Notes: generated by a model from the sequence alone, not told the origin. A stretch of DNA of 64,000 bases from Novosphingobium sp. (GCF_024642085.1 NZ_JAHEBV010000007.1:28740-92739), one strand, 5' to 3'; numbered from the stretch's first letter, positions 29,673 to 39,767 are shown. A program made the numbers and translations.

Positions 29673-31370
29673 ATGCACTATGCCGAGCTGCGTCAAGCGC
29701 GCGCGGAACTGACCGGACCGGGCGGCCAGTTCGAAATTGTCAAAGAGGATATCCTGGGCAATCAAATCCTAGGCTACAAGAATGCCCCGTCTTCGGTGCG
29801 CGAACTGTGGCTGGCCTCGGCCGTCTTCGCTGACCGGACCTATTTGGTGTATCAGGACGAGCGGTTAAGCTATGCCGAGGCGCATAAGCAGGTCGCGGCC
29901 GTGGCTGCTTGGCTGTGGAACCAAGGCGTCCGTGCAGACGACCGCGTCGCTATTGCCATGCGTAACTATCCCGAATGGATGATAATTTACTGGGCCTGCG
30001 CCTGCATAGGCGTAGCGGCTGTGGGGATGAACGCATGGTGGACAAGCGAAGAAATTGATTATGCGCTGAAGGATGCTGATCCCAAGGTGCTGTTCTGCGA
30101 TCAGGAACGCCTGACTCGTATTCGCGAAAGCGGCGATATTGCCGCAGCTTTGCCGCTGGTTGGCGTCAGGGTGACCGGCCACGCAGAAGGCGTAACCGAT
30201 TGGAGCGAGGTACTGGCCCAGTCCGGCTCTATGCCTGCAGTGACGGTCGATCCCGATTCGGATGTCTGCATTTTCTACACCAGCGGCACAACTGGCTTTC
30301 CCAAGGGTGCGCAGTTGACCCATCGCGGCTGCGTGGCAAACCTCATGAACCTGCTGTATGCCGGGCTTTCGACTGCGACGGCCATGCAGCACGCCACCGG
30401 TGACCCGATCCCTGCCGATCCGCCGTTGCCGGTCACTCTGATCACGACGCCGCTGTTTCACGTTACCGCCAACAATTGCGGCGCCTATCCGGTGACAGCA
30501 CTAGGCGGCACAATGGTGTTGATGTTTCGCTGGGACGCGGGTGAAGCTTTGCGCCTTATCGAACGCGAAAAGGTCACCACAATGAGCGGCGTGCCGATAA
30601 TGGCGCGTGAAGTGATCAGCCACCCCGATTTCGCAAAACACGATACATCCAGCCTGCTCGCTTTGTCCGGCGGCGGTGCCCAGGTGCCGCCCGACCAAGT
30701 GCTGGAGATTGACCGCAAAGTGCCTGGCGCGCGGCCGACTACCGGCTATGGCATGACCGAAACTTGTGGGGTTATCACCTCAAACGGCGGCGATTTCTTC
30801 GTCGACCGGCCAGACAGTGCCGGACCAGCGCTGCCCAATTTTGAAACCCGCCTCGTCGACGATGACGGCAGCGAGGTAGCGCCGGGCGAAGCAGGCGAAT
30901 TATGGGTTCGCGGATCTTCTGTAATCAAGGGCTACATCAATCGACCCGAAGCCACCGCAACCACGATCACCGATGGCTGGCTCCACACCGGCGACGTCGC
31001 CCGGATCGACGAGAACGGGTTCATTTATATCGTCGACCGCAAAAAGGACATCATCATCCGGGGCGGCGAAAACGTCAGCTGTAGCGAGGTCGAGGCCAGC
31101 CTGTATCGCCACGCAGCGATCGCCGAATGCTGCGTGTTCGGGGTGCCGGACGACCGAATGGGCGAAGAAATCGCCGCCGCCGTGGTGCTCAAGCCTGGTC
31201 AGACTGTCGATGCAGCTATGCTGGCGGATCATTGCGGCGTGCATCTTGCCAAGCACAAGGTTCCCCGCCACGTCACCTTTTTCACCGATCCGCTGCCGCG
31301 AAACGCCAGCGGGAAGTTCCTGCGCAAGGACCTGCGCGACATTTTGAGCCGGGAACTCAACAAGGTATAA
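29673..31370 (+). CDS. Class I adenylate-forming enzyme (acyl-CoA ligase)
   Basis: YTSGTTGFPKG, YGMTE, TGDVA, DRKKDIIIRGGEN, GKFLR. Confidence 0.92.
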   Translation: MHYAELRQARAELTGPGGQFEIVKEDILGNQILGYKNAPSSVRELWLASAVFADRTYLVYQDERLSYAEAHKQVAAVAAWLWNQGVRADDRVAIAMRNYPEWMIIYWACACIGVAAVGMNAWWTSEEIDYALKDADPKVLFCDQERLTRIRESGDIAAALPLVGVRVTGHAEGVTDWSEVLAQSGSMPAVTVDPDSDVCIFYTSGTTGFPKGAQLTHRGCVANLMNLLYAGLSTATAMQHATGDPIPADPPLPVTLITTPLFHVTANNCGAYPVTALGGTMVLMFRWDAGEALRLIEREKVTTMSGVPIMAREVISHPDFAKHDTSSLLALSGGGAQVPPDQVLEIDRKVPGARPTTGYGMTETCGVITSNGGDFFVDRPDSAGPALPNFETRLVDDDGSEVAPGEAGELWVRGSSVIKGYINRPEATATTITDGWLHTGDVARIDENGFIYIVDRKKDIIIRGGENVSCSEVEASLYRHAAIAECCVFGVPDDRMGEEIAAAVVLKPGQTVDAAMLADHCGVHLAKHKVPRHVTFFTDPLPRNASGKFLRKDLRDILSRELNKV

Positions 31371-31381
31371 GGACCGGGTGG

Positions 31382-32152
31382 ATGGCTGATCTGGATGGAC
31401 GCTTCGCACTGGTTACCGGCGCCTCACGCGGGCTAGGCGAGGCCGCCGCACGGGCACTGGCAGCGGCAGGAGCCAAAGTCGCGGTCACAGATCTGGCGGC
31501 GCCGCTTGATCTTGCTGCCGAAATCGGCGGTATTGCCCGTGCCCAAGACGTGACAAGCGAAACCGGCTGGGACGAAACCATTAGCTGGATTCGCGCCGAG
31601 TTCGGCGGGCTAGACGTACTGGTAAACAACGCAGGTCTCTGGTTATTTAGACTGATTACAGAAACTAGCTTGGACGACTGGCGCCGACTGCACACGGTCA
31701 ATGTCGAGGGCGTATTCCTGGGTACCCGGGCAGCTATCCCTTTGCTTGCCGAGCGCGCGCACCTGTGGCGCGGAGGTACTTCAATCGTCAATATGTCCTC
31801 GGTCGCCGGGATCGAGGGTGCGGCTGGTGCGACCTGCTACAATTCGACAAAAGGTGCGGTGCGGCTATTTACCAAGGGTTGCGCCAAAGAACTCGCGGCA
31901 TCCCGTATCAGGGTCAACTCGATTCACCCTGGAGTGATAGACACCGCGATGGGCCGCAATTTAATTGATGATTTTGCGGGGGCCCTAGGCGTAGGTAACA
32001 ACGAAAGCCTTAATAACGTAGCCGCGCTACATCCCCTTGGTCACTTGGGCGAGGCGCAGGATGTAGCCAACGCAGTCGTCTATCTGGCGTCGGATCGCGC
32101 AGCGTTTTCTACTGGAAGCGAACTGGTGGTCGACGGCGGCTTTACTGCCTGA
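31382..32152 (+). CDS. SDR family oxidoreductase
   Basis: TGASRGLG, NNAG, YNSTK, RVNSIHPG, VDGG. Confidence 0.92.
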   Translation: MADLDGRFALVTGASRGLGEAAARALAAAGAKVAVTDLAAPLDLAAEIGGIARAQDVTSETGWDETISWIRAEFGGLDVLVNNAGLWLFRLITETSLDDWRRLHTVNVEGVFLGTRAAIPLLAERAHLWRGGTSIVNMSSVAGIEGAAGATCYNSTKGAVRLFTKGCAKELAASRIRVNSIHPGVIDTAMGRNLIDDFAGALGVGNNESLNNVAALHPLGHLGEAQDVANAVVYLASDRAAFSTGSELVVDGGFTA

Positions 32153-32159
32153 TCGTAGC

Positions 32160-32783
32160 TTAGCGCTGCGCGAACGCCAGGCGCAGTCCGAATCCGACAA
32201 GGACAAAACCCGTCATCCGGTCCAGCCAGCGTATCACGGCCGGGCGGCGCATGACCTGAGCCAACGGAACGGTAGCCGCGATGAGAATGCCGAACCAGGC
32301 TAGACCAAGCAGCACATGGACCACGGCAAGCAAGAATGTGCCCAGAGCGACAGACATTCCAACCGGCACGAACTGCGGCAGGAAGGTAACATAAAAAACA
32401 CCGATCTTTGGGTTCAGCAGATTTGTCGCCAAACCCTTGTGAAAGGCGCTGCCATTGCCGACTGGCTGGACGCTGGAATTGCTAACCAGTCCGCTTCGCG
32501 GACGGATCACCAAGGCAATGCCGAGCCAAAGAAGATAGGCCGCCCCTGCTAACTTGACCATGGTATAGGCCAGCTCCGATGCGCGAAGCACTGCCCCCAA
32601 TCCCAGAGCTACTGCTGCGCCCCAGACCAGACAGCCCACGCCGATGCCCGCCGCCGTTAAGGCCGCCGCGCGCCGGCCCTCAATCGTGGCGGCGCGCAAA
32701 ACCATCGCGGTGTCCGCCCCTGGCGTCACGGTCAGGATGGATACAGCTCCCAAGAACGCCAGGAAGAGCGGCAAATCTTTCAT
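32160..32783 (-). CDS. LysE/RhtB family translocator
   Basis: TPGADT, GAAYLLWLG, NLLNPK, FYVTFLPQF. Confidence 0.9.
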   Translation of the reverse strand: MKDLPLFLAFLGAVSILTVTPGADTAMVLRAATIEGRRAAALTAAGIGVGCLVWGAAVALGLGAVLRASELAYTMVKLAGAAYLLWLGIALVIRPRSGLVSNSSVQPVGNGSAFHKGLATNLLNPKIGVFYVTFLPQFVPVGMSVALGTFLLAVVHVLLGLAWFGILIAATVPLAQVMRRPAVIRWLDRMTGFVLVGFGLRLAFAQR

Positions 32784-32880
32784 CTAGCCTGCCTGACGGA
32801 GAAATCGCGACTGTGAGCAGACCTGTCCATAATGCTGTTGATGAGTGGTGGACGATCACGCGAAATGCCGCGGAGGAGTT

Positions 32881-34326
32881 TCAGCTTTCGAGCTGGCGTA
32901 ACAAGCTACGAACGTCGCCGTCCATATCGGCATCGCGCGTGCGCAAATCCTCAATCAGGCGAACTGCATGGATCACGGTGGAATGATCACGACCGCCGAA
33001 CTTACGGCCAATTTCAGGATAGCTGCGCGGGGTCAGCACCTTAGCGAGGTACATTGCCACCTGGCGCGGGCGGACCACAGCGCGAGCGCGGCGTTTTGAC
33101 GACATTTCAGTCCGGTCCACGCGATAAAATTGACAAACAGTACGCTGAATTTCGTCGATCGTTATCCGGCGGCGGTTAGCCGAAAGGATATCGGTAAGCT
33201 GTTCTTCGGCCAACTGAAGCGAAACGGCTTGGCCCGTCAGCTGCGCATAGGCGATCAGCTTGTTGAGGCCGCCAACCAGTTCGCGCACGTTGCGGTTTAT
33301 GGTCCGGGCCAGAAACTCAATCACGTCAGCCGGCACATTGGTCGGGCTGAAGCGCTGCAGGCGATGTTCCAGGATCGAGCGACGCAATTCGATGTCAGCT
33401 GGCTGAATATCGGCAACCAGTCCCATCGACAGGCGCGAAAGTAGCCGCTGCTCTACTCCGTCAAGCGCCTGGGGCGCGCGGTCGGCGGCAAAAACCAGGC
33501 GCTTGCCTTCGGCCAGCAAAGCATCGATCGTGTAGAGCAGCTCTTCCTGAGCGCTAGCCTTGCCGATGATGAACTGAATATCATCGACGAGCAGCAGATC
33601 GAAACCGCGCAGCCGCGCCTTGAACTCGATCGTCTGATTCTGGCGCAAGGCCTGAACAAACTCGACCATGAAGCGTTCGGCGCTGCAATAGAAGATCCGC
33701 GCCCGAGGATGGGCGGCGAGATAGGCATGGCCTATGGCATGAAGCAGGTGCGTCTTACCCTGACCCGTTGCTGCTTTAAGATAAAGTGGGGCGAACTGCG
33801 GGGTTTCCGTAGCTGCCATGCGCTGCGCAGCATTGGCGGCCAATACGTTGGCCGCGCCGCTCACAAATGTTGTAAAGGTCAGCGATGGGTCGAGCCCGAT
33901 CGAGGCCATGCCAAGCCCGTTGGCACCCAGCCCGCCCAGTTCGGCCGCGCCCATGCCCAAGGCATCGCCGGGCTGTGACAGCATCGCCCGGTCGTTGGCA
34001 GGACGTCGCACACCGTCTTCGCGACCAAGACGCAGGCCGGTCAGCGCACGGCGGCTGGGCATCACGGAGATACGGACGTGGCGTACATCCGGGCGCGCGA
34101 TCTTCCAGGCCAGCGAAAGGCGGTCTAAAAAACGGTCAGCCACCCAGTTTGCTGAGAACTCGGTCGGAAGGAACATATCCAACGTCCCAGTTTCCTTACA
34201 GAAGGTGCCCAATTGGATCGGTTTGATCCACTGGCTGTGCAACTGGTGACCCAGATCCTTGCGCAGCCCCTGGCTGATGTCAGCCCAATCCGCAGCAAGA
34301 TCGAGCGCTTCCTGTTCTTCCATCAT
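32881..34326 (-). CDS. dnaA: Chromosomal replication initiator DnaA
   Basis: Walker A ATGQGKT, DDIQF, RELVG, RPRQVAMYL, GRDHSTV. Start uncertain; the frame is open to 34440. Confidence 0.97.
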   Translation of the reverse strand: MMEEQEALDLAADWADISQGLRKDLGHQLHSQWIKPIQLGTFCKETGTLDMFLPTEFSANWVADRFLDRLSLAWKIARPDVRHVRISVMPSRRALTGLRLGREDGVRRPANDRAMLSQPGDALGMGAAELGGLGANGLGMASIGLDPSLTFTTFVSGAANVLAANAAQRMAATETPQFAPLYLKAATGQGKTHLLHAIGHAYLAAHPRARIFYCSAERFMVEFVQALRQNQTIEFKARLRGFDLLLVDDIQFIIGKASAQEELLYTIDALLAEGKRLVFAADRAPQALDGVEQRLLSRLSMGLVADIQPADIELRRSILEHRLQRFSPTNVPADVIEFLARTINRNVRELVGGLNKLIAYAQLTGQAVSLQLAEEQLTDILSANRRRITIDEIQRTVCQFYRVDRTEMSSKRRARAVVRPRQVAMYLAKVLTPRSYPEIGRKFGGRDHSTVIHAVRLIEDLRTRDADMDGDVRSLLRQLES

Positions 34327-34742
34327 GCGCCCTACATCGTTCCTGTTTCCGTCCACCGCGTTGCCGCGTTGTCCGCCAATACCAGTGCCATTCACTTGGT
34401 ACGCCCCCAAAGTTAGTTCTGTCCTGCCCCATACGGCCACGCCGCATAAGGTAACCCATCACCAGCTGCCCAAGCCGATGCGTGCATTCGCGATTTTTTG
34501 TGATGCCCTGCACGAAGAACCCGTGCCGGACAGTTGTTGTGTTATGGACGAGGGGGCGTTCAGAGCAAGGCGTTGGACGTAAAAAAAATGAAATAAACCG
34601 CCTTGACGCGGGCAAGTGGCAGAGAATCCGGGGGTATATCCCTAACTATCTGTAAAGATGATTAATTATTTGGGGGATCGGCGCGAATCGCCGAATTTCA
34701 CCGGGTTACCGCTCTGCAGCATGGTGCACATACGATTGCATG

Positions 34743-34770
34743 AAAAAGGCCGGCGAAAACCTCGCCGGCC
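34743..34770 (-). terminator. Intrinsic terminator of rpsT
   Basis: GGCCGGCGA/TCGCCGGCC stem with a U5 tract on the minus strand. Confidence 0.8.
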
Positions 34771-34842
34771 CAATTATTCCGATGTTCTATATTCGTCCCA
34801 GCCAATGCGTCCCGATGCGGGACGAATCAACCGCAAAACGAA

Positions 34843-35103
34843 TCAGATCGACGCGACTCGCTTGGTTAAACGCGAGAGTTTGCGCGAAGCTGTATTCTTG
34901 TGCAGCACGCCCCGAGCAACGCCGCGGGCCAGTTCCGGCTGGGCCGCCTTTAGTGCATCAGCCGCAGCAGATTTGTCGCCGCCTTCGATTGCCGCTTCCA
35001 CCTTCTTTACGAAGGTGCGGATGCGACCGAGGCGATTGCCGTTGATCTCGGCGCGACGATCGTTGCGGCGGATGCGTTTGCGGGCTTGCGGCGTATTGGC
35101 CAT
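34843..35103 (-). CDS. rpsT: 30S ribosomal protein S20
   Basis: [12 protein letters not shown]...[12 protein letters not shown]. Confidence 0.98.
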   Translation of the reverse strand: MANTPQARKRIRRNDRRAEINGNRLGRIRTFVKKVEAAIEGGDKSAAADALKAAQPELARGVARGVLHKNTASRKLSRLTKRVASI

Positions 35104-35169
35104 GTTCGTCCTTGTAAAACTCGTGCAAAACCGGGGCGCCGAATGGAATCGGCACCGCGGGAAGCGCGG

Positions 35170-35198
35170 CCCTTAACTGGGGGTCGGCGAATCGTCAA
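35170..35198 (-). promoter_or_regulatory. sigma70-type promoter of rpsT
   Basis: TTGACG-N17-TAAGGG; GANTC (35189-35193) abuts the -35 element. Confidence 0.6.
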
Positions 35199-35207
35199 GC
35201 GTGGCGC

Positions 35208-36023
35208 TTATTTTTGGCACTTTCCACAGAACCAAGTGCTTCGTCCGCCTTGTACAATGCGCCGGATTGCAGCGCCATCACGTATGCAAGGTTTGCCAGC
35301 GCGATCGTAGACATCGAAACGCTTAGAAAAATAGCCCAGCTCACCGTCGGGCCGTGCATAATCGCGCAGACTGGACCCTCCAGCTTGGATCGCTTCAGCA
35401 AGCACATCTTTTATCGCCGGAACCAGGCGGGTAAGAGCCGCACGGCTGACCAACCCGGCAGCCTTGCGCGGGTTGATCCGCGCCCGGAACAGCGCTTCGC
35501 ACACATATATGTTGCCAAGGCCGGCTATGATACGCTGATCGAGCAGCATCAGCTTGATTGCCGCACTGCGGCCTGCCAGCGCACTGACGAGGTGGCTTAC
35601 ATCCAGCAAGTCGCCAAGCGGCTCGGGACCAAGCGCTGCAAAGCTTGGCCACCTTTCAAGCAAGCATGTGTCCACTAGATCGACCGAACCGAAGCGCCTA
35701 GGATCGCAAAGGGCAAGGCGCTGGCCAGCCACCGTTTCGATCACGAGATGGTCGTGAGGACCCAGTTCATCGGGCTCGATTCTCCAACGCCCTGACATGC
35801 CGAGATGAAAGATCAGCGACTGACCACGGTCGATATGGATCATCCCGTACTTGGCCCTGCGCCCCAATCCAATCACGGTTGCCCCGGTCATTGTCTGGAT
35901 CAGGTTCTCAGGGAACGGTCGGCGCAGATCGGCCCGCCGTGTGGCGATCCGTGCGATAGTTTGACCGTCAAGAACACGTTCAAGCCCTCGAACAGTGGTT
36001 TCGACTTCGGGAAGTTCTGGCAT
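35208..36023 (-). CDS. mutM: Formamidopyrimidine-DNA glycosylase
   Basis: MPELPEVE, HLGMSG, GLGNIY, zinc finger ending CGKCQK. Confidence 0.97.
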   Translation of the reverse strand: MPELPEVETTVRGLERVLDGQTIARIATRRADLRRPFPENLIQTMTGATVIGLGRRAKYGMIHIDRGQSLIFHLGMSGRWRIEPDELGPHDHLVIETVAGQRLALCDPRRFGSVDLVDTCLLERWPSFAALGPEPLGDLLDVSHLVSALAGRSAAIKLMLLDQRIIAGLGNIYVCEALFRARINPRKAAGLVSRAALTRLVPAIKDVLAEAIQAGGSSLRDYARPDGELGYFSKRFDVYDRAGKPCIRDGAAIRRIVQGGRSTWFCGKCQK

Positions 36024-36145
36024 GATTGGGTTTGGCCTAGGACCGCTCGCAAACGATGTCCATGCGAGTAAGATACGTTTCTCATTGAAACCGTTTGTGC
36101 CCGGTCGTAAGTGTCGCGAAATCCGTATCCGCTAGGAGATATGCC

Positions 36146-36676
36146 ATGCCCGCTGCGCCTTATGATTCGTTCGTGCCGCACGTCGTTGCAATGCTGGGCA
36201 ACATGAAAGCTTGGCTCGACAAAGCTGCCGCGCAGGGGGACGAAACCGTGATGCTGAACGCACGCCTGGCACCCGATATGCATCCCCTGCCCCGCCAGAT
36301 TCAAATGGCGTCGGATGGCGCCAAGGGTGCGGCAGCCAGGATGATCGGGGACGATGCGCCCGCAATGCCGGATACCGAAAATAGCTTTGCCGAGCTAAAA
36401 GATCGCTGTGACAAGACTATAGCTTATCTCAGATCATTCGATCCTGCCTCATTCAATGCCGGCGCCCAGCGGGAGATTGTTCTGACCTTTCCCAATGGCG
36501 CGGGCATCAAGTTCGATACTGCTGAGCGGTTCCTGAATGGCTTCGCCCTACCCAACTTCTATTTCCACGCTACCGCGACATATGCGATCCTTCGCCAGCA
36601 AGGCGCAGAACTGGGCAAGGCAGATTTCCTGATGCATCTGGCACCGTTTATGTTTGCACCGCCTGCATCCACCTGA
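36146..36676 (+). CDS. DUF1993 family protein
   Basis: [26 protein letters not shown]...YAILR, GKADF. Confidence 0.88.
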   Translation: MPAAPYDSFVPHVVAMLGNMKAWLDKAAAQGDETVMLNARLAPDMHPLPRQIQMASDGAKGAAARMIGDDAPAMPDTENSFAELKDRCDKTIAYLRSFDPASFNAGAQREIVLTFPNGAGIKFDTAERFLNGFALPNFYFHATATYAILRQQGAELGKADFLMHLAPFMFAPPAST

Positions 36677-36740
36677 CCAAAGGGGGAAACAGGCAGTCTT
36701 TAGTGGCACCGCGCCGAACGACCGGCTAAGGCCCGCAGCC

Positions 36741-37472
36741 ATGAGTGAACAGGTATCCTTTGGCTACGAGACAGTGACCCCCGAAGAAAAGGTTGAGCGC
36801 GTCGGCGCCGTCTTTTCTAGTGTCGCGCGCAAGTACGACATCATGAACGATGCGATGTCTGCCGGGATGCACCGGCTTTGGAAAGACAAGTTCGTGCGGC
36901 GAATCAAGCCCCAGCCAAACGAGCAGGTCCTTGATATGGCGGGCGGAACGGGCGACATTGCGTTTCGTCTTGCTGCGGCAGGTGCGCAGGTCACCGTATC
37001 AGACATCAACCAGGACATGCTTGACGTCGGGATCGGACGGGCGATGGACAAGGGTGTCGACAGTCTGGTTTGGTCGCGCCAGAATGCTGAGGAATTAAGC
37101 TTTCCCGACCGTTTTTTCGATGCCTACACAATCGCTTTTGGCATTCGTAACGTCACGCACATCGACAAGGCCCTGTCGGAAGCGCACCGGGTGTTAAAGC
37201 ATGGTGGGCGGTTCTATTGCCTTGAGTTTTCGACGACCGAATGGCCAGGGTTCAAGGAGGTCTACGATTTATATTCGCACAAGCTGGTGCCTAGGATTGG
37301 TAGCGCAATTGCAGGGGATGCCGACAGCTATCGTTATTTGATCGAATCGATCCGTAAGTTCCCTGCGATGCCGCAATTTGATGCGATGATCCGCAGCGCA
37401 GGCTTTGCCCGTACCCGGATCGAACCCATCCTGGGTGGACTGGTTGCCATTCATTCGGGTTGGAAAATCTGA
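36741..37472 (+). CDS. ubiE: Ubiquinone/menaquinone C-methyltransferase
   Basis: [42 protein letters not shown]. Confidence 0.95.
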   Translation: MSEQVSFGYETVTPEEKVERVGAVFSSVARKYDIMNDAMSAGMHRLWKDKFVRRIKPQPNEQVLDMAGGTGDIAFRLAAAGAQVTVSDINQDMLDVGIGRAMDKGVDSLVWSRQNAEELSFPDRFFDAYTIAFGIRNVTHIDKALSEAHRVLKHGGRFYCLEFSTTEWPGFKEVYDLYSHKLVPRIGSAIAGDADSYRYLIESIRKFPAMPQFDAMIRSAGFARTRIEPILGGLVAIHSGWKI

Positions 37473-37473
37473 A

Positions 37474-39027
37474 GTGACGGCTGCGTCGACGCATATTTTC
37501 CGGCTGTTGCGCTGGGGCCGCACGCTGGCCCGCCACGGCGCGCTGCGTGGGATTGAGAAGGATCCCAACACACCGCCTCAGGTCCGCCGCCTGACCCGGA
37601 TCGCACGCTTCGCTGCCGCGCAACCACGGGTGCCTGACTATGCCGGTGCGTTTCAGGATATCGGCCCTGCCGCAATCAAACTGGGCCAAACGCTGGCAAC
37701 ACGCCCCGACATCGTCGGTGACGAGGCAGCAACCAACCTGCTTCTGCTGCAAGACAGTTTGCCGCCCGTGCCTTACGCGGCGATCAAGGCCGAGATCGAA
37801 CGCAGCTTTGCCAAGCCGCTAAGCGCGCTGTTCGCCTCCATTGAAGAGGAGCCGGTCGGCGCCGCTTCGATCGCACAAGTCCATCGTGCGGTTACGACAG
37901 AGGGACGCACTGTCGCGGTCAAGGTCCTCCGCCCAGGCATCCGCGAAAAGTTTGCCGAAGACATCCAGACTTACGAATGGGCCGCCGCACATCTCGAAGC
38001 ATTAGGCGGTGAGGCGACCCGTCTGCGTCCGCGACTTGTGATTGCAAACTTCAAACGATGGACGCTGCGAGAGCTTGACCTGCGGCGAGAGGCAGCGTCG
38101 GCGTCGGAACTTGCCGAGAAAATGGCTACTACCGAAGGGTATCGTGTACCCGGTATCGATTGGGACCGGACCAATGGCCGGGTCATGACTATCGACTGGA
38201 TCGACGGGATAAAGATTAGTGAAACCGATGCTCTACGCGCCGCCGGTCACGATCTGAATGCCTTGGCGCAGCATCTGGTGCTGACGTTTCTAAAACAGGC
38301 AATCAGCATGGGCTATTTTCACGCTGACATGCATCAGGGTAACCTGTTCGTAGAACCCGACGGAACGATTGCCGCAATCGATTTTGGCATCATGGGACGC
38401 ATCGACCGCCGCGCCCGGCTGTGGCTTGCCGAGATACTTTATGGCCTGACCACTGGAAACTACCGGCGCGTCGCCGAAATCCATTTCGAGGCGCAATACG
38501 TGCCAAGTTATCATTCAGTCGACGAGTTCGCGACCGCGCTGCGCGCCGTCGGCGAACCAACGCGAGGCCGCCCGGTTAGCGAACTTTCGGTGGGCCAGAT
38601 GCTCGACAGCCTGTTCGCCATCACGCGCGAGTTCGATATGCAAACGCAGCCGCACCTGTTGTTGCTGCAAAAGACCATGGTTATGGTCGAAGGGCTCGCA
38701 ACTCAGCTCAACCCTCAGATCAATATGTGGGATGTCGCATCTCCCTATGTTCGGGAATGGATCCGTGACGAACTTGGGCCCGAGGCGGCGATTGCCGACC
38801 GGCTCCGCAAAGATGCCGAAACGCTGCTGCGCCTGCCCGATCTGGTCCGGCGAATGGAAGAGAAGTACCCGCCCAAGGGCGGGGCGCCGGAACCGCCGCC
38901 GCTTCCGCAGGTTGACTTGATCTGGGACCGCCGCAAGGCCCAACGGCGCTGGCCGGGCTACCTGATTGCCGCGCTGGCTGGTGGCGGAGTGGTATGGGGG
39001 GTTCAGGCGCTGAACCTGTTGGGCTGA
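37474..39027 (+). CDS. ubiB: Ubiquinone biosynthesis protein kinase-like UbiB
   Basis: IKLGQTLATRPD, AASIAQVH, VAVKV, FHADMHQGN, DFG. GTG start. Confidence 0.95.
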   Translation: MTAASTHIFRLLRWGRTLARHGALRGIEKDPNTPPQVRRLTRIARFAAAQPRVPDYAGAFQDIGPAAIKLGQTLATRPDIVGDEAATNLLLLQDSLPPVPYAAIKAEIERSFAKPLSALFASIEEEPVGAASIAQVHRAVTTEGRTVAVKVLRPGIREKFAEDIQTYEWAAAHLEALGGEATRLRPRLVIANFKRWTLRELDLRREAASASELAEKMATTEGYRVPGIDWDRTNGRVMTIDWIDGIKISETDALRAAGHDLNALAQHLVLTFLKQAISMGYFHADMHQGNLFVEPDGTIAAIDFGIMGRIDRRARLWLAEILYGLTTGNYRRVAEIHFEAQYVPSYHSVDEFATALRAVGEPTRGRPVSELSVGQMLDSLFAITREFDMQTQPHLLLLQKTMVMVEGLATQLNPQINMWDVASPYVREWIRDELGPEAAIADRLRKDAETLLRLPDLVRRMEEKYPPKGGAPEPPPLPQVDLIWDRRKAQRRWPGYLIAALAGGGVVWGVQALNLLG

Positions 39028-39031
39028 ACCA

Positions 39032-39310
39032 ATGGACCTCGACGCCCTTTTGCTCCACTTTTTCGGAACTGACGATCCTGAAACTCTTACCGCCACCGAG
39101 TTCGACCGCGCGGCCGAACAAATGAAAGTAGCCTTCGGCGTGGAACGCGAACCGGGCCGCAAGTTCGCATTGTGGACTTTGCTGCATGCATTCGACATGG
39201 CCCCATTGCCCGCCGAAGCCTTTGCCAAGGAGCCGGAGCTGAGAGCAGCCGCCGACGAATACATGTCGGCGGCTTTTCGATTGGAGCGGTTTGGCGACAG
39301 CGATGGTTAA
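39032..39310 (+). CDS. Small hypothetical protein (92 aa)
   Basis: Fills the ubiB-PTP gap in-strand, with 4-nt spacing on one side and an 8-bp overlap on the other. Confidence 0.75.
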   Translation: MDLDALLLHFFGTDDPETLTATEFDRAAEQMKVAFGVEREPGRKFALWTLLHAFDMAPLPAEAFAKEPELRAAADEYMSAAFRLERFGDSDG

Positions 39311-39767
39311 GCCGGCGGTGCTGTTCGTGTGCTTGGGCAATATCTGTCGCTCGCCGCTGGCCGAAGCAGCGTTTAGGCAGCAGGCATCGGCGGCGGGCCT
39401 TGATGTGCTGGTCGATTCGGCCGGCACCGCTGACTACCATGTCGGCGAACCACCTGACCCACGCGCCATTCGCACGGCATTGCGTTTCGGAATGGATATG
39501 GCGGACTATCGCGGCCGCCAAGTGAGCGCAGATGATTTCGTGCGCTTCACTCACATCTTCGTTGCCGACCGATCCAACCTTCTCAACCTGCACCGTGTGG
39601 CGCCACAAGATCACGCGGCGCAAATCGGCTTGCTCCTCGATCTGATTCCGGGTCGCGAAGGCATGGACCTGACCGACCCGTGGTACGGAGATGAGGCTGG
39701 CTTCCTTGAGACTTGGTCCGACGTTTCCGCCGCAGCTCGGCACTTGGTGGCGCTATTGGAACGGTAA
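39303..39767 (+). CDS. Low-molecular-weight protein-tyrosine phosphatase
   Basis: CLGNICRS P-loop, DSAGT, DPWYG. Confidence 0.95.
   Translation: MVKPAVLFVCLGNICRSPLAEAAFRQQASAAGLDVLVDSAGTADYHVGEPPDPRAIRTALRFGMDMADYRGRQVSADDFVRFTHIFVADRSNLLNLHRVAPQDHAAQIGLLLDLIPGREGMDLTDPWYGDEAGFLETWSDVSAAARHLVALLER

Noticed and set aside
34441-34842. oriC next to dnaA
   Set aside because: No recognisable DnaA-box cluster by eye; alphaproteobacterial origins are usually near hemE, which is not in this window.
36041-36100. CTCGCA…TGCGAG and GTTTC-N5-GAAAC inverted repeats in the mutM/DUF1993 gap
   Set aside because: Short, single occurrences that match no motif I can name; not the alphaproteobacterial LexA GTTC-N7-GTTC box.
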